Shown here piece after piece: positions 1 through 13,380 of a stretch of 64,000 bases of DNA. The translations under genes and the position numbers were made by a program. Numbering within the stretch: the stretch's first letter is position 1; each line of letters begins with the position of its first letter. Source of the stretch: Octopus vulgaris (taxonomy: Eukaryota); NCBI GenBank assembly GCA_951406725.2, contig OX597820.1:60450001-60514000 (forward strand), in the 5' to 3' direction. The notes beneath the pieces are model-generated. The model was not told where the DNA came from, searched no databases, and saw nothing but the letters and a program-made list of their open reading frames with translations.

Positions 1-144
1 CGCTTATATGCCATATGAGTCGAGGCAGTAATGTCCAGGGGATTTATTTATCAGCGAATAATTACTGTAGTCATTTGAACACTGCTTTTTACAAGAACAG
101 AAAGTTTATTCATTAATAATTAAATTAGAACTACTAGTATTAGT

Positions 145-340
145 CTCAAATTTTGGCACAAGGCCAGCAAGTTCGGAGGTACGTCGACCCCTATGTTCAA
201 CTGGTACTTATTTTATCGACCCCAAAAGGAAGAAAGGCAGAGTCGGCCTCGATAGAATTTGAACTCAGAACGTAAAGATGGACGAAATGCCGCTAAGCAG
301 ACTACTCGGCGTGCAAAGGATTCTGCCTGCTCGCCACCTT
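145..340 (-). mobile_element. SINE family A (head GGCGGCGAGCTGGCAGAA...GAGTTCAAAT)
   Basis: Reverse complement of the family consensus seen more than 12 times in the window; Pol III A/B-box-like head. Confidence 0.8.
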
Positions 341-432
341 AATGATATAAGCTACAGTTCCTGGTTGTATTCAGCACTTTTATAAACTGAAAAAAAAAAA
401 AACCCTCAAAAAATACCAACGACTAAGAATAT

Positions 433-555
433 TCCTTTCTACTCTAGGAACACGGCCCGAAATTTTGGGGGAGGTGCCCAGTCGATCAGATCGACCCCAG
501 TACGCAACTGGTACTTAATTTATCGACTCCGAAAGGATGAAAGGCAAAGTCGACC
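433..555 (-). mobile_element. 5'-truncated SINE A with a 9-bp TSD (AAGAATATT)
   Basis: 3' half of the consensus, flanked by aagaatatt on both sides. Confidence 0.75.
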
Positions 556-899
556 AAGAATATTAAGTTTCAGACGAGAAAATTGAGTTTCTCGTCTGAA
601 CTGAAAATGATCTTTATTTAGAAATCTTTCTCTCTTCCCCCCTCTCTCTCTGTCTGGTTGTTTATTTTTAAAGGAGCATTTCTATTTCTGGCGCGCCCAA
701 GGCGGCTGAGTTGTTAGCACACCAGACAAAATGCTTAGCAATTCATAGAAAAGTAAGGTATCTTGAAAAGATGAGCTTAAATAAACTGAAGGGGCGTGAT
801 TAATCCGTAAGTAATCCAGTATGTGAATAAAAAATTGTTAAAATTTGAAGAAAAGAAAATAAAGTTTAAGAAATTCAGATTTTAAAAATAAACATAGTC

Positions 900-1145
900 A
901 CTGTGGTTTAGTGGTTAGGGTGTCAGCATCATGATCGTAAGATTGTGGTTTCGATTCCTGGACCGGGCGTCGCGTTGTGTTCTTGAGCAAAACACTTTAT
1001 TTCACGTTGGTCCAGTCCACTCAGCTGGCAAAATGAGTAACGCTGCGATGGACTGGCGTCCCATCCAGCTGGGGAACACATACTCCATTGAAACCGGGAA
1101 ACCGGGCTCATGAGCCTGGCTAGGCTTTAAAAGGGCGCATTCATT
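900..1145 (+). mobile_element. SINE family C (tRNA-like head TGGTTTAGTGGTTAGG...GGTTTCGATTCC)
   Basis: A/B boxes, central CTTGAGCAAAACACTT domain, 3' end shared with 14055 and 63305. Confidence 0.8.
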
Positions 1146-1554
1146 ATTATATACATAGTCACTAAGTGTAAAAACAATTGCTTCGTGACGATATGAATAA
1201 TCAGCGTCAACTACTTCAAGTCATCTCTATTCATCACAATCTATCACAGGAGTTTCCTCTCAGACAATTCCATCACAATATGCCTCGATGGGGCTCTCAC
1301 CGATCCACATTCTCCAAAAAACCTGGATTGTTGTCCACATTCTTCTCTTACTACTTTCTATACAGTAATGAACTACCTGATATTATCATTTATTATCACA
1401 TACACCCATTCCCAGAAAATGACACGTATCAGTCTTTAACGTGCTACTAAAAAGTATTTATCCACATGTAATCTAGATGAGTGTTTCTGTGATTAGTTTC
1501 TGAAGATTTGCAATGCATCCGTAAATAGACATTAACTAGAGCGATTAGACACAC

Positions 1555-1659
<105 letters not shown>

Positions 1660-3003
1660 TGTCTCGGCTCAAAATGAGCCCAGACCATGTCTAACTTGGT
1701 CATTTTAAAGTCATTTTAAAGTTTTGTTTTGTGGCATACTCTATTCAAGGAGGGAGTTGTTGACTGAGATATTCTAGGTATAGGTAGTTTAGTATCCCTT
1801 GACGAAATTTGTCCACATATAGTTTGAAAGTGATGGGGTGTTTTCTTTATATATACCAAGCTTTCCTAATATAGAAACGATACATATATCAACTCCTGAA
1901 AACTGCTTTTAATACTAGGTCTCTCAAGCCAATATTTCCTAATAGTGACACACACATATAACAACAAAAACTGAATTCTCCTCCTCAAATGAAAACAATA
2001 TATACCTGAGAATAAAGATATTTAAAAGTATAAATTATGTTAAAGGATTGAAACATTTGTTATTTAAAGTAGCGGTGCCGTTTTACCCTAGAGGAGTAAG
2101 TTTCTATAAAATGCTGAGCCATCAGATTAGCGTCTTTATAACAATTTTATACTGGTTTATATTTATAGACCGCGAAAAAAGAACCACTGGTCGCAATAAG
2201 ATCATATTTGATATGATATCTTGTTTGGTATATCTCTTCAAATACCAGAATATTACTTTAGTTACATTGGTACTCTGTTTATCGCCAAAATATCTATTCA
2301 GTGGGCAATACAGAATACAGTCTATGAAATTACTCTCATAATTGCTGAGATTACACGATATGAAATAACTAATCCCAACTACTCAGATAAATGTACATCT
2401 TGTACCGGCTGTTAAAGCTAGTGTATTTGACAGAATATATATACATATAATTAATGTTACTGAAACCAGATTTTGTTAATGATGAACATATAATTATACG
2501 GTCTCCATAATCTTTTACATAAGTAATGAAAACTTCAACGTACAAGCTTTCAAACGGGGAAAAGAAAACAAAAACAACAAACACTGATGTTAAGCTCGAG
2601 TGTGGAGATGTATCTAGCGTAACCATACATCAAAATGCCTGTATACATCATGGTTTGAATTAAAATGCTTTCTCCAAAGACGTTTGTTGCCCGCAACTTT
2701 CACGTGAATCGCCTGAAGTGTATTTCAGTTAATCACGCACACGTGCACACCGTATACATATTTTATATTACGCCTATATTCATATTGCTTCGAGCTTAGG
2801 GCAATCCTCTTAAGTCGAATTTTGTTCGTATGCTAGGCCTTGTCAAAATATATTAACCAGGAAAACCACTCTATGTAACTGAAAAATATATGCTTTGGTG
2901 GATATTCAGGAATGTTATAAGAAAATCCACTTAAGCGAACAGGTGACGAACACGTGATAAACTAAGATAGAAAAAAAATCCATCCATTTCAAAATGTCCT
3001 CCG

Positions 3004-3020
3004 TCTCTCTCTCTCTCTCA

Positions 3021-3109
<89 letters not shown>

Positions 3110-3242
3110 GAGGACATAGGTGAAAAACAAGGTGGAGAAAATAACACCCGAAAAGGCAGACGTTCGCTTTTGCCTGATAATCACTTACATGAAAATCTGA
3201 GTAAAAGCCTGGGAAGCTTTTAGATTCAATAAAGCGCGCGCG

Positions 3243-3287
<45 letters not shown>
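3004..3287. repeat. (CT)n(CA)n array and a nearby (GA)n array
   Basis: Directly visible at 3004-3105 and 3247-3287. Confidence 0.95.
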
Positions 3288-3289
<2 letters not shown>

Positions 3290-3629
3290 CATATACATGA
3301 GAATTTGGGCGAAACATTATCTTGAATACGAATTCAGAATTTTAAAGTTTATAAATTTGAATACTGGAGATAGTAAACACCAAACTCCTGATAAACCAGG
3401 TCAGTGACCTGGTTTAACTCTCAGCTTAGGTGCTTTCAATTCATTTATGCCAATTATGACCTAGAGAAAACAAAGTCATAAATGTTACAGCATCATATAT
3501 TTGATTCTTTAATCTGGATACATCTACTTTGTAAAAGTAAAAATCGATATTCTCAAGGAATATTGATTGAAATATTACGTGTATTTAGTGGAGGTGGGGA
3601 ATAATTTTCTGTAGTTTACCTATACCTGT

Positions 3630-3846
3630 TTCTTTACTACCCTCAAGGGGCTAAACACAGAGGGGACAAACAAGGACAGACAAACGGATTAAGTCGATTA
3701 TATCGACCCCAGTGCGTAACTGGCACTTATTTAATCGACCCCGAAAGGATGAAAGGCAAAGTTGACCTCGGCGGAATTTGAACTCAGAGACGAAATGCTG
3801 CTAAGCATTTCGCCCGGCGTGCTAACGATTCTGCTAGCTCGCCGCC
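3630..3846 (-). mobile_element. SINE A
   Basis: Matches the family consensus. Confidence 0.85.
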
Positions 3847-4316
3847 TATACCACTTCACTATAGTCTACCTATACCACTTCACTATAGTCTACCTGTACC
3901 ACTTCACTTTTGTGGAGTCTCTTCGTCTTCAACCGCATAAAATGAAACACTCGTCAACGTTGCAATGCCATTGGTGACTACTGCGCTGAGGCGTGTAATT
4001 TTTAAAGTTTTTGTTTCTATTGTACTGATCTTATGTAAGGGCTGGGCTCTTAGTCTTCTCGTGCCTTTCAATACAGGTGAGATCAATGCTGTTAATGTTT
4101 CTCTTGAATAATTCAAAACTAACGACTGCTGGAAACATAAGAAGGAGATACAGAGGAAAGATGGTCTGGGAAGTAAAAACTGGTAGCAGCACTTGGTGCC
4201 GGGCTTGGTGGATGAAAAGAATGTAGATAATGAGGTGAGCGGAAACGAGCAAGTGGAGAGTGTTTGAACAGAGTAACGCTGTGGGAAGCTGTAGCTACAG
4301 GTGCATCAGTAGAAGG

Positions 4317-4319
<3 letters not shown>

Positions 4320-4383
<64 letters not shown>
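4320..4383. repeat. (GA)n microsatellite
   Basis: Directly visible. Confidence 0.95.
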
Positions 4384-4384
<1 letters not shown>

Positions 4385-4392
4385 AAAGCATT

Positions 4393-4783
4393 TACTCTTT
4401 TTTACTCTAGGCACAAGGCCCGAAATTTGGAGGAGGAGGCCAGTCGATTACATCGACCTCAGTACGCAACTGGTACGTAATTTATCGACCTCGAAAGGCA
4501 AAGTCGAACTCGGCGGAATTTGAACTTGGAACGTAAAGACAGACGAAATACCTATTTTTTATGACCCACAAGGGGCTACACACAGAGAGGACAAACAAAG
4601 ACAGATAAACGGATTAAGTCGATTATATCGACGCCAGTGCGTAACTGGTACTTATTTTATCGACCCCGAGAGGATGAAAGGCAAAGACGACCTCGGCGGA
4701 ATTTGAACTCAGAACGCAGCGGCAGACGAAATACCGCTAAGCATTTCGCCCGGCGTGCTAACGATTCTGCCAGCTCGCTGCCT
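4393..4783 (-). mobile_element. SINE A, tandem dimer
   Basis: Two successive consensus units. Confidence 0.85.
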
Positions 4784-6276
4784 TCAAGCACAGCCTTTTT
4801 TGGCGAGAGATCGGAATGTGTTTATGTAAGATTTCATGCTAATCAGTTAGGTGGCCTTTTTTTGATAAGGCCTTGGATAACCGTATGTGTATCACCCCAG
4901 ATGTAGGAGCAGTTCACCACTGTGGGTCCCACTTCAGTTTTGCAGAAAGTTAGTCGGTGTTGTAAAATGTATATTTTCTGATCCTGAAGCGAAAGACCAT
5001 TTAAACAGGATATTAAAATCTAAGTATCGTGAATACGCATAAAGCAAAGCGTTGGTTACAAGACACAGATTTTCGAATAATTTCTTGTACGCTAGTCATT
5101 CAAATCGGACTAACTCAATTTGAGAGGATAACGTGCCCGCTTTAGGCCTCAGACTGTTACTGAGATGTTATTGCATAAGAGATAATGTATCTTGGTTTTC
5201 AGGCAATTAGCAGTTAGCTTGGAATTTTCTGTCATTGATTTCTTTCGAAACTCTTTTCACAATGCTAAAAGTCATCGTTCCAATCGAAGGAACGGCTTTG
5301 GAAGTGCTTTACGAGTTCTTTAAGTATGCAATAAAGCAAAGTTCTGCATCGCTATCACCATATTTGATATTTTTTCTCAGTCTTGAATCTCTGCTGCGTC
5401 TGATGTGCACCATCTGGTGAATGTTGAGGCAGGTTTTTTATTTAGTTTTTGCCTTTATGCAATTTCGTGAAATGATAATGGAAATGCGATATGTTTTTTA
5501 ATTATATTCAGGATAAGAAAACCTTTTCCCAAACCAGTATTCTCTAGCTTCTTCAGTACTTGAAAGTTCCTCGATATCTTGGTCACTTGTATCGAAGAGA
5601 AGGATATATGGATGTATAAGATTTATTTGGGAGACTTTTATATGCTTTTCTTTAGAACCTGCATGAAAATGAGACGTATATTATCATGTGCATAAAAACG
5701 AAGACTTAGACTTTTGCTTGAAGTCAGTTCTAGATATTACATGAATTATACTCAGATATTCAAATTCTGTTACTATCATGAATAATTTGTTTGCCGTTCA
5801 TGTTGGATTTCCAACACGTCATGCGGATTTATAGCGGGTCTGAAATCATTTTAAGAAATTCTCTTCTTCCTCCTTTCCCTTTTCATATTAACAGACATAA
5901 AAAAAGGCGTTAACCCTGCTAGGCAACTTTTGAAAGCAATTTGGTAATTAGTTGTATAAACGCAAATCTGTGCTGACAGTTGGACAGTGCAATATTTACG
6001 ATAAAAATCGAACAAAAGCATAAGTATAGAATCATTAAAGAGTTTCCTAAAATATATAAACTCTAGAATCGAAACGTGAAGCATTCTGAGAAGACACTCG
6101 ACATTTCAGAAGCTTCCAGTTTATCACTTAATTACGCACTGAACTCAGCTATATGAAGTATTGATTATTTTTAGCGCATGTAAAACTATTAGAAGCAAAT
6201 GCTGCAATCTTGGGTTCATTACATTTCCTCGGATTTATAAAAAGTTATAAAACTTAATTAAGATTTTTGAATTACT

Positions 6277-6705
6277 GGCACTGGAGCGGCTGTGTGGTAA
6301 GTAGCTTGCTTACCAACCACATGGTTCTGGGTTCAGCCCCACTACATGGCACCTTGGGCAAGTGTCTTCTACTATAGCCTCGGGCTGACAAAAGCCTTGT
6401 GAGTGGATTTGGTAGACGTAAACTGAAAGAAACCCGTCGTATATATGTATACATATATATATGTATGTGTGTGTATATGTTTGTGTGTCTGTGTTTGTCC
6501 CCCACCCACCCAACATCGCTTGACAACCGATGCTGGTGTGTTTAAGTCCCCGTAACTTAGCTCTTCGGCAAAAAGAAACCGATAGAATAAGTACTAGGCT
6601 TACAAAGAATAAGTCCTGAGGTCGATTTGCTCGATCGACTAAAGGCGGTGTTCCAGCATGGCCGCAGTCAAATGACTGAAACAAGTAAAAGAGTAAAAGA
6701 GAGAG
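6277..6705 (+). mobile_element. SINE family B (head GGAGTGGCTGTGTGGTAAGTAGC, internal microsatellite, (GTAAAAGA)n tail)
   Basis: Full-length copy; near-identical copies at 10178, 47057 and 62245. Confidence 0.88.
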
Positions 6706-6889
6706 TACATCACGAATATGAGCAAATGAGTACATATATCGTATCTAAGCTGGTCTACACCACAACATAAAATAATTGTTGATTTAGTCATTGCATTCTT
6801 TTAAGAATCTCAGTGTAAAATATCAACAAAGTTTTGCACGATTATATAGATCTTAATAATAATACCAGATCTGGGAGCTGTTTCCACAG

Positions 6890-7204
6890 AGTTCCGACCA
6901 TGTTTAAATTCACGATGCCAGCGTTTTACAAGGTCATATGATGGGGCATCATCACCATAAGTTACTTTCATTTAATCAAAAGTCTCCCGTGGTGTGTGTC
7001 CTTTCAAATACAAAAACCGGATCACTGCTCGACACTCAACAGGCTCCCTTTCGCACTTGACTCAATTCAAACACCACAATTAGTTCAGAGCTGTAATTTG
7101 CCACTTAATCCATAGAGATATAAATAATTGCACATGCAAAATTTCAGCTAGATCAAACAACTGCAAGTATGTCAGGGGCATTACTTATTGAACGTCCCTC
7201 GTAT
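6890..7204 (-). mobile_element. Decayed mariner 5' fragment
   Basis: Ends in ...ttattgaacgtccctcgTA, the reverse complement of a TACGAGGG-type mariner terminus. Confidence 0.45.
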
Positions 7205-8230
7205 CCCATTAGTGCTGTTAAGGTAAAACATTGTGATATCACATCAGTTATAATAATATTACTAGTGATTTTAATAGTGACATCCCATTAGTTTTGTCAG
7301 TGGAAATACCATAATACGCCATTAGTAATTGTAATATAACTAAGGATTTTAATAGTAATATCTTAGTAGTATTGGTAGGGGAGCCACCTAATATAGATTC
7401 AAATATACATTGGAGTTGACTGTAAGCTTAGTAGATTAATTTTAGTACTGTACAGTATATAACTGAAACACTCGACATTTATGCTTTGCTTGTATTACTT
7501 ACTGATGATATCTGTGTTACTCCATGGTACAAAATTATAACATAGAATGCTACACCAACGTCTGAGTTAGAACCACGTTCTTTCAGTTGGGGGTATGGCA
7601 TTCTACTGTATTGACCAACCGTGAATCTAATCTACTCTTTCTATTACTATGTTTTTTAGGGGGAATGTTTTTTTTCTCTGATATTAACAAAAAAAGTTGA
7701 CAATCTGTTATTTCTATCATTTTTCAAAAATTCTAAAACAAACATTTAAAACATATTTCCAATAAAGTGCTTAAACTATTGTCGCTCAACCTGCTGGACA
7801 TAGGAACTAAATCTCCCTAAAATTTTCCCTTACCATTTTAGAAAAGATCACATCGGATAGCGCTGTCTAAGATGCACTATGCTTAGATGGTTACAGCTGG
7901 AATTGCTTTGATCACACACACACACAGACAGACAGAGCCACACACACAGAGCCCCCTCCCCACACGCACATACACACATACACACGCACACACATGGGTG
8001 ACAGCTGACTTAGGAATAAACAACAAGAACGACACATTCTTGTGGGTAAAACAACTAATAGTGTTCTTTGCTTTTAATAATTGATCACGCATTTAAACTG
8101 TCTTTCTTAGAATCATTAAGCAATGAAGCTTACCGAATTGTTCAATATGATTTCTTTCGGAAGGTTTAGATTGAATTTTATTTTTATTTACTTTTAGATA
8201 TTTGTGCCACTGCTGAAAGCCTTTTTGGAA

Positions 8231-8284
8231 ATGTCATCTAAACAAGAAACAAAAATACCCTTGAGTTATTCAGAATATTTAAAG
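8231..8284 (+). CDS. TDO2: Tryptophan 2,3-dioxygenase, first visible coding exon (MSSKQETKIPLSYSEYLK); exon probably begins at 8198
   Basis: Pyrimidine-rich acceptor ...tttacttttAG at 8196-8197, ATG at 8231, donor AAG|GTAATG after 8284 (phase 0). The YxxYL motif matches the TDO N-terminus (human IYGNYLH) and joins the next exon in frame. Confidence 0.85.
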
Positions 8285-8703
8285 GTAATGTTTTTCTAAT
8301 GCTTTGAATACGCAATGAAATTGTGCTGCAAAAAATCAAACAGGTCAAACGTATTTGTGTTAATTTAGGTACAGCATATGTAATAGTACAGCCATTTATG
8401 GATTTATACACAATTTTTCTATAATTATTCTCTTAAAATCGATGCATGAATTTTAGATTAAGCACAAAAAAAAATTCAGTCAATGAATCTGCGAATTTAT
8501 CAATGTCCGGTATTGCTTAGTTTTCCCTCAAGGCGTGTTGAGAAGTTAATTTGTAATCTGTTTTTCAATCTAATTTCATTAGATAGGGGTTAGATTTGTG
8601 CTACAAGTTGTTTGGTTATAACTAACGCAGATTATTGTTCCACATAGGACACTTTTTAACACTACAAAACAATTTTACTTGACAATTAAATGTGTTTGTG
8701 TTA

Positions 8704-8910
8704 AGGCGGCGAGCTGGCAGAAACGTTAGCACGTCAGGCGAAATGCTTAGCAGTATTTCGTGTGTCTTTATGTTCTGAGTTCAAATTCCGCTGAGGTCGA
8801 TTTTGCCTTTCATCCTTTCTAGTCGATACATTAAGTACTGGGGGTCGATCTAGTCGACTGCCCCGCCCCTCTCCAAAAATTTGGGCCTTGTGCCCAGAGT
8901 AGAAAAGAAT
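8704..8910 (+). mobile_element. SINE A
   Basis: Matches the family consensus. Confidence 0.85.
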
Positions 8911-10177
8911 TACATGTGTTTGTGTGCTTTAATCAACCTTAGCTATGGAACAAAAGTGAAAACATAATCGAAGTCTTTAACACAATGTAATTATGTTATG
9001 ATGATCTATATATTCATGCATCAAAATCAAAATGATATTTATTAAACATGGTACCCAGGGCTCTACAAGGTATTTATAAGTCAAATATGATGAGTCATGA
9101 ATGGTCAGTAATTAACCGTTCGTGACTTACAGTTACGTGTTCAGATCATGACTTATTGCTCATAACTGACGATTATCAATAATCCATTTTATACCGATTC
9201 CTTAATATTGAGTGACTGTAAAACTTGTGCGATATCAAATTAGAGAAATATTTAGAGTCAACGGTGAATGTTTTTATAAATTTAACCAACGAAAATTTTA
9301 GCAAACGACGTAGAAGATATTATTCGAAAAGTTCTTGGGATTTTTTATAAAGCCAATAAGATAAAAATTACTATGCAGAATTCCAGATTAGAATAAATCT
9401 TTAACCAATTAAAAGATGAAAAGGATTTTTTTTTGATGACTCAGCTTTTGAAATTATGGAACAAATCTTTAATAATTTCTACAAAGGTCAAAAGGATTAT
9501 CTTTTGGTGATTCAATTTTGATTTATATGCAGTGTTTAAAAATAACCAGACTATTCAATTGAGTGTTTCCTGATCTATACTTAGCTTTCTAGTCTGCATT
9601 ATATTATGGATGCCACATATTAACTTTCATCTAGGTACTCACCAGAATTTGATTAAACTTGACTGATAATTCCAAATAAATTTAAAATTTGTTTAAATAT
9701 GATAAATATGATTGTGATGAATATGAATAACATGAAATGGTTTTAATAGGAAAAAAAAGTTATGGAATGTTTTCATGTTGCTGAAAATATTTCTTTAGCA
9801 TTAAATTTCTCACAATATATTTGTTATAACTAAGCAATTAATCAATATGGAATGACATTTATTTCTTGTAATCAACATTACTGCTTTATCAGTCACGTTT
9901 AGTTTAATTATGGTGTGTACCAAGACGAAAGCAGTACGTCAATATGTGACGTTGATAAGATGCTTGATACAGAATGGAATGCTAGATATAGGTAAGAAAA
10001 GTCTCATTTGAATAGTTAGATCACTGGATATGAATTAAAGCTGACTCACTAAAAGATAATCCATTTCACCTTTTAATTGGTTAAGGATTTGTTGTAATCA
10101 TAAATTCTACGTAACATTTTCATTCTATTGATTTTGTGGAAAACGCCATAAACGTTTCAACTAATGTTTTCAACCAT

Positions 10178-10581
10178 AGGCACAGGAGTGGCTGTGTGGT
10201 ATATAGCTTGCTTATAAACCACATGGTTTTGGGTTCATTCCCGCTGCGTGGCACCTTGGGCAAGTATCTTTTACTATAGCCTCGGGCCGACCAAAGCCTT
10301 GTGAGTGGATTTGGTAAACGGAAACTGAAAGAAGCCCGTATATGTATGTATGTATATATGTATGTGTGTATATGTTTGTGTGTCTGTGTTTGTCCCCAGC
10401 CCAACATCGCTTAACAACCGATGCTGGTGTGTTTACGTCCCTGTAACTTAGCGGTTCGGCAAAAGAGGCCGATAGAATAAGTACTAGGCTTCCAAAGATT
10501 AAGTCCTGGGATCGATTTGCTCGACTGAAAGCGGTGCTCCATCATGGCCACAGTCAAATGACTGAAACAAGTAAAAGAGTA
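10178..10581 (+). mobile_element. SINE B
   Basis: Full-length match to the family. Confidence 0.88.
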
Positions 10582-12251
10582 ACCTCCTTTGCTAAAATTT
10601 CATTGGTCAAATTTAGAGAAATGTTTATCGTTGACGGCAAGGATTTCTCCAACTTACGGTATTAGCTAACTGACAAGTTGAATCGTCAGTTATGATCACT
10701 AAATCATAATTTGAACTGTAACTTATGAATGGTTATTAACCGTAACTTATGAATAGTTATCATTCCTGATTAGGATCATATCGTATCTGATTAATTTATA
10801 ACTGATGACACTCGTAGATATTCCCCAATTTATAAAATGTTCGTATTTATATTTTGATGCATAAATTTATAGATTATCATAACTTTGTTACATACGGGTG
10901 CCAATGTCCTAGTCAGGAATGATAACCATTCATATTTTACAATTACGTGTTCAAATCATGACCTAGTATCATAACTGACGATTTAACTTGTCAATTAGCC
11001 GATTCCGCAAAACTGAGAGATGGTCCGCAAGACTTAAGTGACGTCAAGTTAGAGAAATTCTTGGTGACAACAATAAACATTATTTTAGAAATTTCGTTAT
11101 GTCCAAGAGTTTCCTAACTGGGATCGGAGACGATAATATTTCTTGGAATTTGTCATTTAAATCTTCCCACAATAGATAAATTAAGTACTAAAGTCAGTGT
11201 TATCGGTCATTCTCGTGCGCTTACAAAAATTATCCTTGGACTATTAGGCGAAAGTAAATTCAGTTTGATGTTCATGTCGTTCCCCCAGGATAGTGTAATT
11301 TAAAGAATATATTTTAACTAAGAATGGAAATCACGTGTCAGACTAAACTCATTAACCTGATGTGTCTGCACATGGCTTTATCCACTCTCGTTATATTTAA
11401 GATTTCCTCTTTTAATAAAGAGAGTGAAGATGATAGGAAATAGAAGGTAGAATATAAATTTGAAAGAATGAAAAAGACACTTATTACAATAGGTGTGACG
11501 TTATGAAGTCGGTAGAATCAACTGCTTTTGATGGAAGGCAAATAATTTGAAAGAGCATCTTCCGAATCGCTTTCCTTTATTTCTTACAGGAAAATTAACT
11601 TTTTATATAGAAAACACGAGCCAGTGTTGAAGCCGGTAAAGCGATGCAGATCACCTTGTATCAGAATAATGTTCTTTTAGCAATTGTACCATACACCGGT
11701 TCTCCGTTTGAAAAAAGTCAAAGTAGGGACCGACTAAATATCCATTATAAGTCATCTCGCAGTTTTCCGCTTTAAATAGCTATAAATTTAGCGATATAAT
11801 GAGCAAATATCGATGTTGTAGAAATTCTATATATTTAAAAATCCCACACGCCTTTTCTTCCTGTCTTATAAATCCACAGAATGGCTAAAAATATATACAT
11901 CCCATTTTTATCTGTTTGTTTTATATGCACAAGGTTGCAGTTGTTAATAAAAGTAAACCAAGAACCATATAGTCAATGGGATTATTGGATTATGTAGCGA
12001 TAACAGGACATGAAACTCTTGGATAGATTACCAATTTATTTTTGATAGCATTCTCTGAAGATCTGAGACCTCGATGAACGTAGGTAGTTTAAACATAAGC
12101 GATACGTCTGCTCAGTCAGATCAAAACAGCCGATGTGATTTCGAGAGCTCAGTAATTTTATGTAGATACCTATTCAATTACTGTTCAAACACCAACTGAA
12201 AAGTTTTGCTTTGCATTAGTTGTCTTTCTAATTCTTATCCTTCTTTTGCAG

Positions 12252-12342
12252 CTCAACAAACTCCTGAAATGTCAGACTCCAGTCAGCGTTGAAGCGGGTG
12301 AACCGGTTCATGATGAACATTTATTTATCATTACTCATCAAG
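12252..12342 (+). CDS. TDO2: Tryptophan 2,3-dioxygenase exon (LNKLLKCQTPVSVEAGEPVHDEHLFIITHQ)
   Basis: Acceptor ttcttttgcAG, donor AG|GTAAAC; 91 nt, phase 0 to 1. Contains the TDO signature HDEHLFIITHQ with the active-site His. Confidence 0.97.
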
Positions 12343-12996
12343 GTAAACTGTTGTTATTGCTTAGCCTCAATTTTTCCCAGTCGAGCTATGTAGTATCCAA
12401 TCGTTTTTTTTTTTTTGGGGGGGGGATACTATTTTCCAGACTAGTATTTAATGTCTTGTATAAGGTTATTGTAAGTAGCATTTCGAAGACCACGTAATAG
12501 TTCCCTTGTTGGTTTTATTATTAAAATAAGTTATATAAGCATGTGGCTCTTAATTCCACAACTTTCGGTACGCTCTGGTGTGTTAGTGAAGATAGAGATT
12601 GGTTCATGGCCTAAGGCTACTGGAGTACTCAAATTAAGAAATACTGAACTATATTATACTACTTAAGGCTGTTTACAGCAATCCCTGGAACATTGCGTAT
12701 TAACTACATCTGTCAAGGATACCGTGCAGTACTAGAAACAAATTCCAAATCAAAAACATCTCAGCCAGTTTTCTCTTTAGACTTGATCAACCGCAGCTCA
12801 TTAAAAATGAAAGTACTATATAAATTTTCTCTGTCCATTTTGACTCGCCTTCCTACCCAACTAATTAGTGCTAAGTCCATTGTAGTAGCAAAAGAGGGAG
12901 CTGAGATTGAGAGATTAATTAGTAGCGTCTTCGTGAGTGAATTGTCACAAAATCATTGAATGATCTCTTTTGAATGTGGTCTACATTGCTTATAGT

Positions 12997-13380
12997 GGAG
13001 GCGCAATGGCCCAGTGGTTAGGGCGGCGGACTCGCGGTCATAGGATCGCGGTTTCGATTCCCAGACCGGGCGTTGTGAGTGTTTATTGAGCGAAAACACC
13101 TAAAGCTCCACGAGGCTCCGGCAGGGGATGGTGGTGATCCCTGCTGTACTCCTTCACCACAACTTTCTCTCACTCTTACTTCCTGTTCCTGTTGTACCTG
13201 TATTTCAAAGGGCCGGCCTTCTCACTCTCTGTGTCACGCTGAATATCCCCGAGAACTACGTTAAGGGTACACGTGTCTGTGGAGTGCTCAGCCACTTACA
13301 CGTTAATTTCACGAGCAGGCTGTTCCGTTGATTCGGATCAACCGGAACCCTCATCGTCGTAACCGACGGAGTGCTTCCAC
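12997..13380 (+). mobile_element. SINE C variant
   Basis: tRNA-like head GGAGGCGCAATGGCCCAGTGGTTAGGG...GGTTTCGATTCCC. Confidence 0.85.

Noticed and set aside
6272-6735. Recurrent ORFs such as RLPNPLTRLWSARGYSRRHLPK and MRNWYLFYRP...
   Set aside because: They come from non-coding SINE consensus sequence repeated across the window.
12997-13070. tRNA-like sequences at SINE heads (also ~900, 14290, 16515, 23731)
   Set aside because: A and B boxes are present, but they run into SINE bodies with tails and TSDs and no complete cloverleaf was evident; not called as tRNA genes.
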